In this document: piece after piece, positions 1 through 13,115 of the stretch | Layout of the letters: each line of letters begins with the position of its first letter | Numbering within the stretch: the stretch's first letter is position 1 | Source of the DNA: Mobula hypostoma | Taxonomy: Eukaryota | Direction of reading: 5' to 3' | Assembly: GCF_963921235.1 (NCBI RefSeq) | Contig: NC_086108.1 | Location: 75,580,001 to 75,644,000, forward strand | DNA: 64,000 nucleotides | Notes under the pieces: model-generated | Told to the model about the DNA's origin: nothing | The model's input: the letters and a program-made list of their open reading frames with translations, nothing else | Databases searched by the model: none | Translations under genes and position numbers: made by a program

Positions 1-150
1 CCAAGAGCACCGGATGTAATAAGTTACACCCATGGAGGCGCATGTGAAATGCCGCCTGACATGGAAGGACTGCTTAGGGGCCTGAATGGCGGGAGGGAGG
101 AGGTGTAAGGGCAGGTGTAACACTTAGCACAGTTGCAGAGATAAATGCCT
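1..150 (-). mobile_element. Penelope-like element fragment (Cys-rich linker and start of GIY-YIG endonuclease)
   Basis: Minus strand reads GIYLCNCAKCYTCPYTSSL..IQAPKQSFHVRRHFTCASMGVTYYIRCS (one frameshift), homologous to the GIY-YIG segment at 35099-35470. Confidence 0.75.
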
Positions 151-572
151 CTTCTCTTTCCTCTATCCTGCCCTCATGTTACCTGCCATCACCTTTTCCT
201 TCATCTGGTTCCACACTTTCTTCCCTTTATCCCATGGTCTATTATCCTCAATCAGATTTCTTCTTCTTCCACCCTTTGCCTCTTCCAACTCCCAACTTCT
301 CAAGTCACTTTCTGTTAGCTTCCTTCCCTACCTCCTGCTCCTCCTTCTCACCTGAATTTACCTACCACGTGTCAGCTAGTGATCCTCCCTCTCTTCCCCC
401 CCACTCTCTCTTTTATTCTAGCTTCTATGTTTCCAGTCCTGATGAAGGGTTTTGGCCTGGAACATCGACTGTTCATTTCCCTCAATTGATGCTGCTTGAC
501 TTGCTGAGATCCTCCAGCATTTTGTGTGACTTGCCCCAATTTCCAGCATCTGCAGCACCTCTTGTGTCTCTG
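151..572 (+). mobile_element. Penelope-like terminal repeat (pLTR) with degenerate hammerhead motif, inverted relative to 1-150
   Basis: CT-rich tract, then CAGTC-CTGATGA-AGGGTTTTGGCCT-GGAACATC-GACTG (434-471), then tail GATGCTGC..CCTCCAGCATTTTGTGTG..CCAGCATCTGCAG shared with the other copies. Confidence 0.75.
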
Positions 573-3399
573 TAGTTCATCCGCCAGCTCCTTGCTATCC
601 GTTGTTAATTCCCCAAAGTCACTTCCTGCATTCACAGAAGTTCCTATTTTTTATATTTATTTCTGGATAGCATTATCTTATACCTAAAATTTTCATTCAT
701 TATTAATCTTCTAGCCATTCATTGTTTTCAATTATATTCTGTCCAATCAGTTCTGGCACGCTGATGACATTTTCTGTCACCTTCATCAATGACAGCATCA
801 GATGGCACCTACAGTAGCCAGTGAATCTGGTTGGGTTGTGCTAGTGTTGAGAATGTAGAATTATAGGAGGAAAGACCATCTAGGCTTTTTACCGTGAAAC
901 ACAGGAGTGTGAGGAGAAAGTTAAAAAAGCTAAAATTATGAGGAGAAAAGGATGAGCTGAATAGAAGGGATGTAGTTCCCTAAGTAGAAAAATCCACATA
1001 GAAACATAGATTTTAAATTATTATTGTGATGTTAATTATAGAATCTGAGGGGATTTGTTGAGAATATGGAAAGAACTTTAAAAATGCCATCCTTGCAAGA
1101 TGAGAATAAACGTGTTGGTTCAGGTTTGTTGGACCAAAAGGCTCATTTCTATGCTCTACAACTCTGTGGTTCCATGACTTCAAGAAATGATCGCTCAAAG
1201 ACCCAAAAAGTAGTGAGGTCTGGAACTGTCTAAAGTGATGATGGAGGCAGAAAAACTCATTATATTTTTAAAGTCCCTCAATTATCATTTCAAGAGTCAT
1301 CACTTCCAGAGCAAGGCCTGGAAAGTAGGATTACCAATACCTATTCAGTCAATGTGGGCCCAGCGAGGTGAATACACCTCTTCTGTGCCATATATTTCTA
1401 TGATTCTATGGACTTTTACAATATCTGTTACAATTTTCACAAATCTGTTTACAAATTATGAAAGGAAAAATGAATTTAACGATGTTAGCTATGCTTGGCC
1501 TAGTTCCTAGATGGTGAAAGTCCTTACCTACAAAAATGCCAGAAGTTCTGTTCAATCTGACATATTCTCCCAGAAATTATACAATTTAGGTCGAAACTGA
1601 TGTGAAGCATTAGCTTTTCTGGGGCTGGAAACGTGATAGTGTGGGGCATGTGGAAGAAATTTTACTGTTTCATTAACCCATACCGACTCAAAATACAAAA
1701 ATAAATGCAATCTAATGTCTCTACGGCCAATGAGGTTGCTTGTTAGTTCAGAGCAAAGTCGCAATATTAACAGGTAATCTTTCCAATCTTTTGAGCACTG
1801 ATTTTTATGAAGTCCAGATTTTTCACCCTCATGCGTACCAAACCTTACTTTTTCCAGAGATTTACTTTCAGGTTTCAACTCTGTATTTTGCAGTGGATTT
1901 AGCAAAGCCTACCTTCAGAGGACTTTTTGATCTCTTGCTGAAGAGTTTGGCAGTGAATGTGGGATTAAAAGGCATAGAAACCACAATTTTGAGAAACTAT
2001 CATGCGACATGACTAACTGCACATTTAGTGCTGGGAAGCAAGAGATTTGTGAGATGTATAATTTGACAAGTCATCAAAAATTTGAAATAAAGGACCAAAT
2101 TTGTTGTGACTGATCACAGATTACTTGAATGTTCAGGAGATACAAGTTTGTCACAATAACATAAATATTGGAACAACCAACATGAGAAAACAGATGCTCC
2201 TTCCTTGCTGTCCAGAAATGAAACTAACATTACAGGTTCTTCCCCTTTCCTGAAGATGTCATTAGTGACCTTTCAAGCGTATATATCTTTCTCCCTACTG
2301 GATCTTGCATCTGTTCCCAGCTGGAGTTTGGAAAGATTCAAAGTTGTATGTATTTTCTCATTCACTAGCAGAGCTGTTCAGACACTTGATTTGAGTTACA
2401 GGTCATTGTACAAAAGCTGAATTGCTGAATTTAACTTAGTAAAGAGCCAGCACCTTCTCCAACCTCTCATAAGCTCACCATGTCTAGAGATTTGTTACAT
2501 GATACAAATAAATCTCATACATATGAGAAAATAACCACATTTTAGTTATTCATGACAGAAGATGTTAATTATACAATAAGATGGACCTTATTTTTGAAAA
2601 CTTGCAACAGCAGAATGAAGTATTCAAACGGCTTGAGTTTTCCATATGGCAGTCACATTGTACAATCATGTTCACTTCGGGTGAGTGCAGGCAATTATGA
2701 CATCACTTTTGGAACTGTTTCTAGACTTTAGTTTACTTTATACGTCTTTATGCAAATCACTTATTTTGTTGTTTAAAAAGGGTCTTCAACTTACGGCATA
2801 TGTTTCAGTTACAACTGATACTTACGTGGGTGCATGGTGTACACCAAACTGAAGTAATTTTATTGAAAGCAGCCACAGATGTGGTTGATTATAGACTTCT
2901 GCATTATGCTGGAGTACTTTATGGAAAGTGTTCAGAGAAACTGTGTAATTTTCTTTGTTTCCACAAAATACAACTTCTGGTGAAGTAAGTCATGTTAAAC
3001 AAGCAAAGTACAGATTTTTCGGTAATAACACACAAGTGTGTAATTGTCTTCTCAGTCCTACTCCACTTCAAGCTATTGATTCTTAGCAAGAGCTCAGTCA
3101 AGGGAAAACATATTTGATCATGCCGCACATCTTCTGATACTGTAGCAACAAATAATCTGTGAGTGTCCAAAACAAGAGGGAAAAAAAGTTCTTGGCAGAA
3201 AAAAACTAAAATTGAAGAAAGTGAAATGAGATTTAATTTCATTAGTAGACAAAAAGGAAATTCAAAGAGCAAATATAAAATCTGATATATACAAGATTAC
3301 AAAGATCAAAAAAAGTTCAAGGCTTGAGTTTAGTTGGCAATAAAGTTGAGAAATTCTGTATATTCTCAAAAACAATTAAGTTCTTACATTTTTCCCAGT

Positions 3400-3732
3400 G
3401 CCCTCAACTATCAGGCTCTTGAACCAGAGACAATAACTTCAATCAACTTCACTCACCCCATCACTGAACTGTTCTCACAACCTATGGACTCACTTTCAAA
3501 GACTCTTTATTTCACATTTCTGATATTTATAGCTTTTTTTTTGCTTTCTTTTTGTATTTGCACAGTTTGTTGTCTTTTGCACATTGTTTGCTTGTTTGTC
3601 CTGTTGGGTGCAGTCCTTCATGGGTTCTAACATGTTTCCTGTATTTACTATGATTGCCTGCAAGAAAATGAATCTCAGGGTTGATTATGGTGACATATAT
3701 GTACTTTGATAATAAATATACTTTGAACTTTA
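3400..3732 (+). mobile_element. Rex1/Babar-like LINE 3' UTR fragment
   Basis: Near-identical to the 3' UTR at ~22620-22955 that follows a Rex1-type RT C-terminus. Confidence 0.7.
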
Positions 3733-3734
3733 GT

Positions 3735-4335
3735 GTTGTTTAATCAGATGAATCATCTGCAGCTCAACATCAGTAAGACAAAGGAGATGGTGATGGACTT
3801 TAAGTCGTCTAAGCCTGCATTGCTCCTTGTTACTTTAAGGCCATAAGACATAGGAGCAGAACTAGGCCCTGTTGTTGTCAGTACAATCTTTTATGCAGTG
3901 GTATGTTAGGGCAATGGCATCAACACAGGTGATGCCAACAGGCTCAATAAACTGATTAGAAAGACTGGCTCTGTTATAAGAGTCAAACTGGATACACTGG
4001 AGGCTACGGAAAATCCTGGCAATTCTGGACAATGTTCCACACCCTCTGCATGCCACCTTGGTTGAACAGAGGAGCACTTTTAGCAATAGACTAAGACAAT
4101 TGTACTGCTCCAGAGAGGGCACTATGAGGTCATTCTTACCCCAGCCATTAGGCTCTATAATGAGTCAACCTGTGGCGGAGAAGTGATGACCCTCTCCTGT
4201 TAGACTGTTTGAGGTAACTTATTTTTAATTCTTTTTACTTCTCTTCTAATATTTGTATATCCATGCACTTGTAATGCTACTGTAACACTGTAATTTCCTT
4301 TGGGATCAATAAAGTATCTATCTATCTGTCTCTAT
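3735..4335 (+). mobile_element. Rex1/Babar-like LINE 3' fragment (second subfamily)
   Basis: HLQLNISKTKEMVMDF motif; similar to 26272-26970; ends GGGATCAATAAAGTATCTATCTATCT. Confidence 0.7.
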
Positions 4336-4689
4336 CAAAGCCCTATAGTAGGAATAGGTGATTAAAGAAAGTTAATGGAAAATGCTTACAGTTGTGGTCT
4401 TGGAAGATCTGGTGGATTTAGATGCACAAAAATATTTTCTTGTTTTCTTCTGGACTGACTTGAATTAACTAAAGCTCCACAAAAGTCTGCTATTGCATCT
4501 GCTTTCTGAGATGAGTTTTCGGCATACAACAAAAATGCATAATGGTTATTCTTGAATTAAAGCACCATTACAGCTACATTCCACCATTTTATATCAGTCC
4601 AAAAATTCAGCAATAAGAACAAAACATAAAGCTTCATTTATTTCATCTTATACCTATCAAACTTTCTCAGGGTACTAATGCTTGAAACT

Positions 4690-4975
4690 ACACAACATTT
4701 ACTCGGCTCTGCACTGAACTGAGACTAAGACTGTGGCCTGCTCCAGCTACTCCGGGCTTCGTGACTATGGACTCACTTTTGTTTTGAATGCTATTTGCTT
4801 GCTTGTATTGTTTGCAAGATTTTGTTTTCTCTCTGCACATTGGGTGTTTGACAGTCTTTTTTTTAATGGATTCTTTTGGGTTTCTTTGTTTTGTGGCTGC
4901 CTGAAAGGAGATGAATCTCAAGGTTGTATAATGTAAATGTACATAATTTTATAATAAATGAACTTTGAGCTTTGC
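4690..4975 (+). mobile_element. Rex1-like 3' UTR remnant
   Basis: CTATGGACTCACTTT ... GATGAATCTCAAGGTTGTATA ... ATAATAAATGAACTTTGA, shared with other copies. Confidence 0.5.
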
Positions 4976-5190
4976 TTTAGTTGCAGAATTAATACTTATT
5001 TACTGAGTAGCAGTTGTTGGGAGTACTGACTGTACGCTCTTACATCAGGGAAGATGATCAGGGAAATTGGTAAAGCCCACATAATGTGAACCATATTTCC
5101 AAGAGTGATTTACAATTATCCCTGGAATAGTCAGGCTGGTGGAGCTGTTGATGCATAGTCAGTGCCTATGATGATCCAACTGCCTATGGA

Positions 5191-5495
5191 TGTTGCAACG
5201 AACAAGGCCAACTCAAACACAAGACACAGGCACAGAGATTGAGTTAGGATGCAGACGAGGACATGAGCGTTGAATGGCAAGCAAGAGGGAGTGCAGGAAA
5301 GCAGGAGGTAGGCAGAACTTATTTTGACACAGAACGTAGAAGGGAAAATGGCAGACAAAACTTTTCTTAGCAGGAGAGACGGAGTTACACAGGTAAACCT
5401 CGGTGCTGCAGTAAAACTTAGAAAACTTACCTTGACACGGAGAGACTGAGTTTCACAGGTAAATCTCGGTACTGAAGCAAAACTTAGAACACACA
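5191..5495 (-). repeat. 3' LTR, missing its first ~170 bp
   Basis: Direct repeat of 8065-8371, joined directly to RNase H coding sequence (DPSHQFIVEVD). Confidence 0.88.
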
Positions 5496-6960
5496 TTGTC
5501 GACTTCCACAATGAATTGGTGAGAGGGGTCAGGTTAGACCAGGATGGGAGTGGATGTGAAACGCCTCTTCAGCTCCGAGAAGGCTGAGTCCGTTTCGGGG
5601 ATCCAGTGAAAAGGGGTCGTAGGAGAGGTAAGTTGAGTAAGGGGCGCTAACACCCGGCTGTAATCCCTGATGAAGCGACGGTAGAAGTTTGCGAACCCCA
5701 GAAATCGCTGGAGTCGTTTGAGCATCATGAGTTTTGGCCACTCTGCCACCGCCCGGATCTTTTCAGGATCCGCCCTCACTTGCCCGCTCTCAGTGATATA
5801 CCCTAAGAAACTGACAGAACGGGCATGGAACTCACATTTCTCTGCCTTAGCGAATAGTTTGTTCTCCAAAAGCCTCTGAAGAACCTGACGGACATGGTAG
5901 GTGTGTTCCTGAAGACTACAGGAGAAGATTAGGATGTCATCCAAATAAACGAAAATGAAACAGTTAATAAAGACTCTAAGGATATCGTTTACCAGGGCTT
6001 GGAAGATGGCGGGGGCATTGGTGAGACTGAATGGCATGACCAGATATTCGAAATGACTGGGGGGGGGTGTTAAAAGCTGTTTTCCATTCATCTCCCTCCC
6101 TTATCCTGACCAGGTGATAGGCATTCTGTAGATCCAACTTAGAGAAAATTGTGGCTCCGTGAAGGGGCTCGAAAGCAGAGTTGATAAGGGGCAGGGGATA
6201 TTTATTCTTTATGGAGATGCTGTTCAGGCCACGGTAGTCAATGCAGGGGCGTAATGAGCCATCTTTCTTGCCCGCAAAGAAGAAACCAGCACCTACAGGG
6301 GAAGATGAGGGTCAGATAATGCCAGCCACAAGAGAGAGTCATTTAGGTAAGCCTCCATTGCTTCCCTTTCTGGCCGGTACAGGTTGTACAGCCAACTGGT
6401 GGGTAGACGGGCTCTGGGGAGAAGGTCAATTGCGCAATCGTAAGGCGATGTGGAGGCAGGGAAAGAGCCCGTTGCTTGCTAAACACTTCTCCCAGATCGT
6501 GATACTCTACTGGAACCTTGGATAAGTCAGGAGGCTCAGAGGCGGACGAGGTCGCAGTGACCTCCACTGGGGAAAGGGCTGATTGCAGACAAGTGGAATG
6601 GCAGAACAAACTCCAGCTGACTATCTTCCCGGCAGACCAGTCGATGTGGGGGTTATGACGGCTTAACCAGGGATAACCAGGAACTATAGGGGCTTGAGGA
6701 GAGGAAATTAAGTTGAATCGTACCTGTTCTGTATGGTTTCCGGAGAGCAGGAGTAGCAGAGGTTCCATACAGTGTGTGACTCGGGCCAGGAATCTACCAT
6801 CCAGTGCCCAGGTGTCCAGGGGTGGGCGGGGGGGGCACACAATGGCTCACAAGGAATCCCGGCTTGGAAGGCTAAGTTTTCATCCAAAAATTTTCCCTCA
6901 GCGCCAGTGTCCACTAGTGCTAACAGAGGCAGGGACTGGTCGTTGTGACACAGAGTGCTT
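5496..6960 (-). pseudogene. pol: Pol (aspartic protease, RT, start of RNase H), frameshifted and truncated
   Basis: [70 protein letters not shown]. Confidence 0.92.
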
Positions 6961-7039
6961 GAAGCTGCATCCGGGGTCAGGGGATGGAAGGAAATGTTGT
7001 CTGGCTCACCAGGGTCCCCCTTTCTACTGGTGCCTTCCC

Positions 7040-8048
7040 TTTTTACCGAAAGGGAACAGATAGCACGGAAGTGGCCGGACTGGCCGCAATATAGACACTC
7101 ACCCGCTCTCATTCTCCGGAGTCGTTCTGTGGGAGAAAGGCAGTTCTATCTCAGCTGCATGGTTTCCTCTCCCGGGGCGGTGGAAACAGCAGGGCTGGGA
7201 GCTACTCTGGGAGCAGAAAGAGGAGAGAGGCTTGTTCTAGCAGGAGATGGTAATGAGTGCCAAGGAGTGGCCGAAGATGGTGGACGACCAGTTCCTTCTC
7301 TATAGTGTTCTCGGAGACGATTGTCCAGCCTGGTGGCTAGGGAGATCAAAGAATCCAGGCTGTCGGTGTCGTCTCTTGCCACCAACTCGTCTTTCACCAT
7401 GTCGCCGAGACCATTCAGAAATACCCCTTGGAGTGACTCATCGTTCCACCCCGAGTCAGCCGCTAACATCTGGAACTCCACGGAATATTCGGCAACACTG
7501 CGTGAGCCCTGGTAGAGAGTGAGTAGATGCTGGGTGGCGTCTTTACCACGGACGGGGTGATCAAAGATCTTTCTCATTTCCGTGATAAAGGTGGCAAAGG
7601 AAGAGCAGATATCCGGTTGGTTATCCCAAACTGTTATGGCCCACGCTAAGGCAGTTCCCCGCAGTAACCCCACGATATAAGCAATCTTTGACCTATCTGT
7701 GGACTGCTGTTCAGACACCAAGGAGCACTGAAGAAGGAAGGCCTGGCACTTCCCCAAATCTCCAGCGTAGTGCTCCGGTTCAGGTACATGAGGCTGCCTG
7801 GGCGGGTGTGTTGGTGATACGCAGGGGGTTGCTGCTACAGGATGTCTGGGCTGGTTAGACAGGGTTCCAGGAGTGGGTTAAGTAAAGTGAGTGGATACAC
7901 AGTCCACCTGGTCACCGATCTGCGTGACGTGAGCAGACAGGGAACGGAGATTCTCCATGACCTCCTGGAGGAGTTGGTCGTGCTGTCCCAGTAGGAAACC
8001 CTGGATGGTGAGGGTTTGTTGAAGGGTGTTTGTGTCTGCTGGGTCCAT
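7040..8048 (-). pseudogene. gag: Gag (PEG10/sushi-like capsid plus CCHC knuckle), frameshifted
   Basis: [76 protein letters not shown]. Confidence 0.9.
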
Positions 8049-8052
8049 GGTG

Positions 8053-8063
8053 GCCAGATCATT
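8053..8063 (-). promoter_or_regulatory. Self-priming-type primer binding site
   Basis: Minus-strand AATGATCTGGC 1 nt after the 5' LTR is the exact complement of minus-strand GCCAGATCATT at 8415-8425 inside the LTR. Confidence 0.75.
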
Positions 8064-8064
8064 C

Positions 8065-8539
8065 TGTTGCAATGAACAAGGCAAACCCAAACGTAGGACA
8101 CAGGCACGGAGGTTGCGTTAGGATGCAGACACGGCCGTGAGCGTTGAACGGCAAACAGGAGGGAGTGCAGAAAAGCAGGAGGCAGGGAGAACTTACCTTG
8201 AAATGGAGCATAGAAGGGAAAACGGCTGACAAAACTTTTCTTAGCACAGAGAGATGGAGTTACACAGGTAAACCTCAGTGCTGAAGTAAAACTTAGAATA
8301 CTTATCTTGACACGGAGAGACTGAGTTTCACAGGTAAATCTTGGTACTGAAGCAAAACTTAGAACACACAATCCTAAGCAGCCGGGAGACGTTAATTACC
8401 ACACAGGCAAAACCAATGATCTGGCAACTAGTGGTTGCAAAGTCGGGGTTCTTATGCTGCAGGTCTTGATGCAAGCCAAGTGTGCCACCATCAAAGGAAA
8501 TTAGGAGAAAATGGGGAATTAACGGTCAGGATCGTGACA
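8065..8539 (-). repeat. 5' LTR (475 bp)
   Basis: Minus strand starts TGTCACG and ends TGCAACA; 8065-8371 aligns with 5191-5495; contains two ~66-bp tandem units. Confidence 0.9.
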
Positions 8540-9059
8540 ATGGATAAAAAGCTAGGCTCATGAAATTCCAGAATTCAGATGTGTAAAACATGTTCAAGCT
8601 ATTGCATAGGAGCTCAGGATAGCTTTCACCAAATCTATCCATGATTCTTTCAAAGTGTAGTATATACTGTGCCTCCTGAGGCTGTTTGCATTCTATAAAT
8701 TCAGATTTAGATATATCTATCACATGTATTTGTACTTCAGAACATACAGTGACATTTATCAATTGCATTAACAACCAACACACACAAGGATGTGCTGGGG
8801 GCAGCCCACAAGTGTCACCACACATTCTGGGCAACATTGCATTCCCACAATCTTTGGCAGAACAGCACAGAGCACAGCAAAACAGAACATACCAATCAGC
8901 AAAGCAACAACAGCAAAACTTGCCACCTTCTTCTCTTCCTCTGTCTCCAAGACAGCCATCTTCTTCCGCTTCCAGTGGACTCCTGGATTCATAGACACTA
9001 AGCCCCAGCTTCCCAATAGTCTTACAGAGATTCATGGAGCCCAGCTCCAACCAAGAAGC

Positions 9060-9210
9060 CGTGAGTTCTGGACTTCTCTTTGACCTTTAAGCTTTGATCT
9101 GGACCTCTGATCAACTTTTGGCTTCAATCCAGCCCACCAATTGACCTACAAGATTTGATCTGGACCTCTGATCAAACTTCGGGCTTTGATCCAAACCTCT
9201 GATCGATCTC
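9060..9210. repeat. Degenerate ~31-bp tandem repeat (about 5 units)
   Basis: Repeated GCTTTGATCTGGACCTCTGATCAA-like units. Confidence 0.6.
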
Positions 9211-10267
9211 TTATATATCACATTTTCATATCTTCATATTTTAAACTCAGCTGAGAAACAAAGAGAACCAAGACAATGCCTAAATGATTTATACAACAGT
9301 CAAGGAAAGCACTACTACAATAGAAAAGCAATTTTGCTGAATTGAGGAGTATATTTTACAACCTCTCTTTGAGCAACACAGTGGCCAGAATGCATTTGTT
9401 TTGCTTCTGGGTTCAAATCCAGGACAAATGTCTTTTATTTCTCATAGCCCAAGAATTATAAGCAAAAACATTCAAGCAGCCTTAATCCACTTCCAAGGTC
9501 ACAACCTGATTTTAGCTACACCTGGACATTTTTTCAGGAATGAAAAGACATATATCAGAGTGCAATATGCAATACGACTGTAGAATCAAAAGACAACAAA
9601 TTCTAGGAGGACTAACTAGGTCCCATTGAGGGTTGCATAGGTTACTAGATGTGTTACTGTTTCTTCAACTCAGATTTGCTTTGTATCCAGTCCAGATGGA
9701 AATCCTCCTTCCTCTGCAAGTCATAGAGTCCCAGGTGAAGTACATTTATCAGACTTTGAATAGATCCCAGTGCTACATGTCATCAACATTAAGCTGTCAG
9801 CATTTTGGCATAAGTTAATATACTTAGGCAAGCAAAGATAGGTCCATGGTTGGCTTTTCACAGAAATTTCACACTGTGTTCTAAGCTCAAATTTAGACAG
9901 AACTTGGCAGCAGGAGACGGCTCAGTATTTCAATGTGGTTTACCTAATCTTACAACAATCAACAGGGGCATTACAGAGCACCCATTGTACAAATACTAAA
10001 TAACTTCTCATGCCTCCACAGTGTAGTGCAGACACTCAGTATGAAGAAAAGAATGCTCCTATCATACTGAAACAAATGAAATAATTAGCTTCTAACATCC
10101 ACAGGTGCACTACGCATCAGATCATATGCAAGTTCAGATAAGGTTAAGTTACCTTGGAAAGCTTGCCTTGAGATAGCCAGAGCTGGCTGAACCTACAACA
10201 AGCAGATTTAAATGGGCTAATATGAATAGATTAATTATGACCAGCTAAGTATTTAAGATGCTCTTAA

Positions 10268-10480
10268 GCACAAGGGATTCTGCAGGTGCTGGAAATTCAG
10301 AATGACATATAAAATGCTGGTGGAACTTAGCTGGTCAGCTGCATCTACTGTATGGTGTAGAATAAACAGTCTATATTTCAGGCCAAGATGCTTCATCAGG
10401 TCCTGATACATCGACTGGTTATTCCCCTCCATAGATATTGCCTGACCTGCTGAGGTTCCTCCAGCACATCGTGTGTTGCT
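10268..10480. mobile_element. Penelope pLTR-derived fold-back insertion with hammerhead remnants
   Basis: Minus copy (10367-10402) abuts a plus-oriented partial copy (TCCTGATACATCGACTG..CCTCCAGCA). Confidence 0.6.
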
Positions 10481-11682
10481 GTAAAATATTCCTTCTTGAC
10501 TGTGGAACTAGCAAAAACAGAAATGCTCCTCCTCACCCAACATCTAAGATCACACCTACTACTGCAAACTGATCCATTTTCTGCAGTTACTGGAAATATT
10601 CATTCTAGTTAAGTCCTTTAAGTGCTCAAGATTAATGAAAATGTTGAAGTCTTGGATACTTAAAACTATTGTTTTGACCAGCTATTTTATTTACAGTTCC
10701 TCAGAAGTTCAAAATAAATCTTTCAAGACCATGATTTCAGTTGGAACTAAGTGCACGAAGAAAATGAAACCACTCACCCAATAGCACTGTGGGTCACATA
10801 GCTTTAAGATTTCCAGGTCACCTGAATAAACAATGCAATTGAAAGATATGTAAGATAGAAAAAACAATTCTCCTAGTAAAACATCTGGTATGAGTACAAA
10901 TATAAAGTGATGAATAGTGCCCTCGACCAGCAAGGTAAAACAGTCCAAAGTAGTTTTCTGAAAGGTAAACAATAAACATGTAATTCAGAGCCTACAACTG
11001 TATGCCTTACCTTTAAGAAAACATATACAAAATAATTTCGTAGGCCATGATGCAGCTGTCAAAGTGATCTGACATGAGAGGTGATCTCAGTGAGAAAAAT
11101 AAGGTTTCACAGCTCCAAGCAGGTCTATCGGTTCAGCAGACAGATTTGCTATATTTCCAGACACCATTTGTGTAGATGTTGGCTGCGTTGCCACAGAGTT
11201 GCTAGTTTTTCTTGACAATTTCAGTCTAATGCAATCAGTGAATCTGTTACAGTTCTGTCCATAAGACCATAAGGTATAGGAGCAGAATTAGGCCATTTGG
11301 CCCATCGAGCCACTTCATCATGTCTGATCCAATTTTCCTCTCAGCCCCAGTCTCCCACCTTCTCCACGTATCCCCTCATGCCCTGACTAATCAAGAATCT
11401 ATCAACCTTTGCCTTAAATATACTACATCACTTGGCCTCCACAGCCGCCTGTGGCAACAAATTCCTAAGATTTACTGCTCTCTGGTTAAAGAAATTCATC
11501 TCATTCTATATGTCCTCATTTCATTCTAAATGGACATCCCTCTATTCTGAAACTGTGTCCCTGGGTCTTAGACTTCCTCACCATTGGAAATATCCACTCC
11601 ACATCCACTTTATCAAGGCTTTTCAACATTCGAAATGTTTCAATTAGATCCCAGCTTATTCTTCTGAATTCCAATGAGTACA

Positions 11683-13115
11683 CTGGAAACATCACTCCAT
11701 TCTTTAGGAAGGGAGAAAGGCAAAAGAAAGGAAATTATAGGCCAGTTAGTCTGACTTTAGTGGTTGAGAAAGTGGTGAAGTCTATTACTAAGGATAAGAT
11801 GTCGAGGTACTTGGAGATTAATGATAAAATAAGTCAAAGTCAGCATGGTTTCTGTAAAGGGAAATCTTGTCTGACAAATCTGTTACAGTTCTTTGAGGAA
11901 GTAACATGCAGGTTTGACAAAGGAGAGACAGTGGATGTCAGTTACTTGGATTTTCAGAAGGCATTTCATAAGGTACCACACATGAGGCTGCTTAACAAGA
12001 TAAAATCCTATGATGTTACAGGAAAGATACTGGCATGGATAGGGGAATGGCTGACAGGCAGGAGGCAGCGAGTGGGAATAAAAGGGGCCTTTTTTGGTTG
12101 GCTGCCAGTGACTAGTGGTGTTCCTCAGGGGTCAGTATTGGGACTGCTGCTTTTCACATTATTTGTCAATGATTTGGATAATGAAATTGATGGCATTGTG
12201 GCAAAGTTTGCGGATGATGCGAAGATAGGTGGAGGGGTAGGTAGTGCTGAGGAAGCAATGTGATTGCAGCAGGACTTAGACAAGTTGGAAGAATGGGCAA
12301 AAAAGTGGCAGATGGAATACAGTGTTGGGAAATGTATGATAATACATTTTGGTAAAAGGAATAATAGTGCAGATTATTATCTAAATGGGGAGAAGGTTCA
12401 AACATCAGAGGTGCAGAGGGACTTAGGAATCCTCGTGCAAGACTCCCAGAAGGTTAATTTTTAAAGAAGGCAAATGCAATTTTAGCATTTCTTTCAAGGG
12501 GAATAGAATAGAAAAGCAAGGAGATCATGCTGAGCCTTTATAAGACACTGCCAGGCTGCACTTGGAGTGTTGTCAACAGTCTGGGGCCTCAAATCTTAGA
12601 AAGGATGTGTTGACATTGGAAGAGAGTCTAGAGGAGGTTCATGAGGATGATTCCGGGAATGAAGTGGTTAACATATGAGGAGTGTTTGGCAGCTTTGGGT
12701 CTGTACTCAGTGAAATTTAGAAGAAAGCAGAGGGATATCATTGAAATCTACTGAATGTTGAAAGGACTAGAAAAGATGGATGTGGAGAGGGTGTTTCCTA
12801 TAGTGGGGGTATCCAGAACTAGAGGGCACAGCCTCAAAATTGATGGGCAACCCTTTAGAACAGAGGTAAGGAGAATTCTTTTTAGCCAGAAAGTAATAAA
12901 TCTGTGGAATGCTCTGCCACAGACTGTAGTGGAGGCCAGGTCTGTGGGTATATTTAAGGCCGAAGTTGATCATTCCCTGACCAGTCAGGGCATCAAATGA
13001 TATGGCGAGAAGGCAGGTGTATGGGTTTGAGTGGGATCCAGAATCAGCCATGATGGAATGGCTGAGCAGACTCGATTGGCTGAATGGCCTATGTCTTATG
13101 GTCTTATGATCTTAT
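11683..13115 (+). mobile_element. 5'-truncated CR1 LINE (RT C-terminal half plus 3' UTR) nested in the older CR1
   Basis: NYRPVSLT, QHGFCKGKSCLTNL, YLDFQKAF, GVPQGSVLG, KFADD; stops present; tail ATGTCTTATGGTCTTATG. Confidence 0.9.

Larger units (their letters stand above)
5191..8539 (-). mobile_element. Ty3/Gypsy LTR retrotransposon, Tf1/sushi (chromovirus-like) group, internally deleted
   Basis: TG..CA termini; 5-bp TSD ATGGA (5186-5190, 8540-8544); gag-CCHC-protease-RT order; RNase H truncated and integrase absent. Confidence 0.93.

Noticed and set aside
1520..1545. Minus-strand TTTTTGTAG|GTAAGG recursive-splice-like site
   Set aside because: Short pyrimidine tract; such a motif is expected by chance in 64 kb
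5131..5511. Paired ORFs 5131-5511 and 7835-8371 resembling a duplicated gene
   Set aside because: Incidental translations of the two LTRs
8526..9083. Cluster of overlapping ORFs of 70-174 aa
   Set aside because: Low-complexity, repeat-derived sequence shared with ~50030-50140; no protein motifs
9060..9210. ~31-bp periodic repeats as a CRISPR-like array
   Set aside because: Degenerate head-to-tail minisatellite with no unique spacers, eukaryotic context and no cas genes
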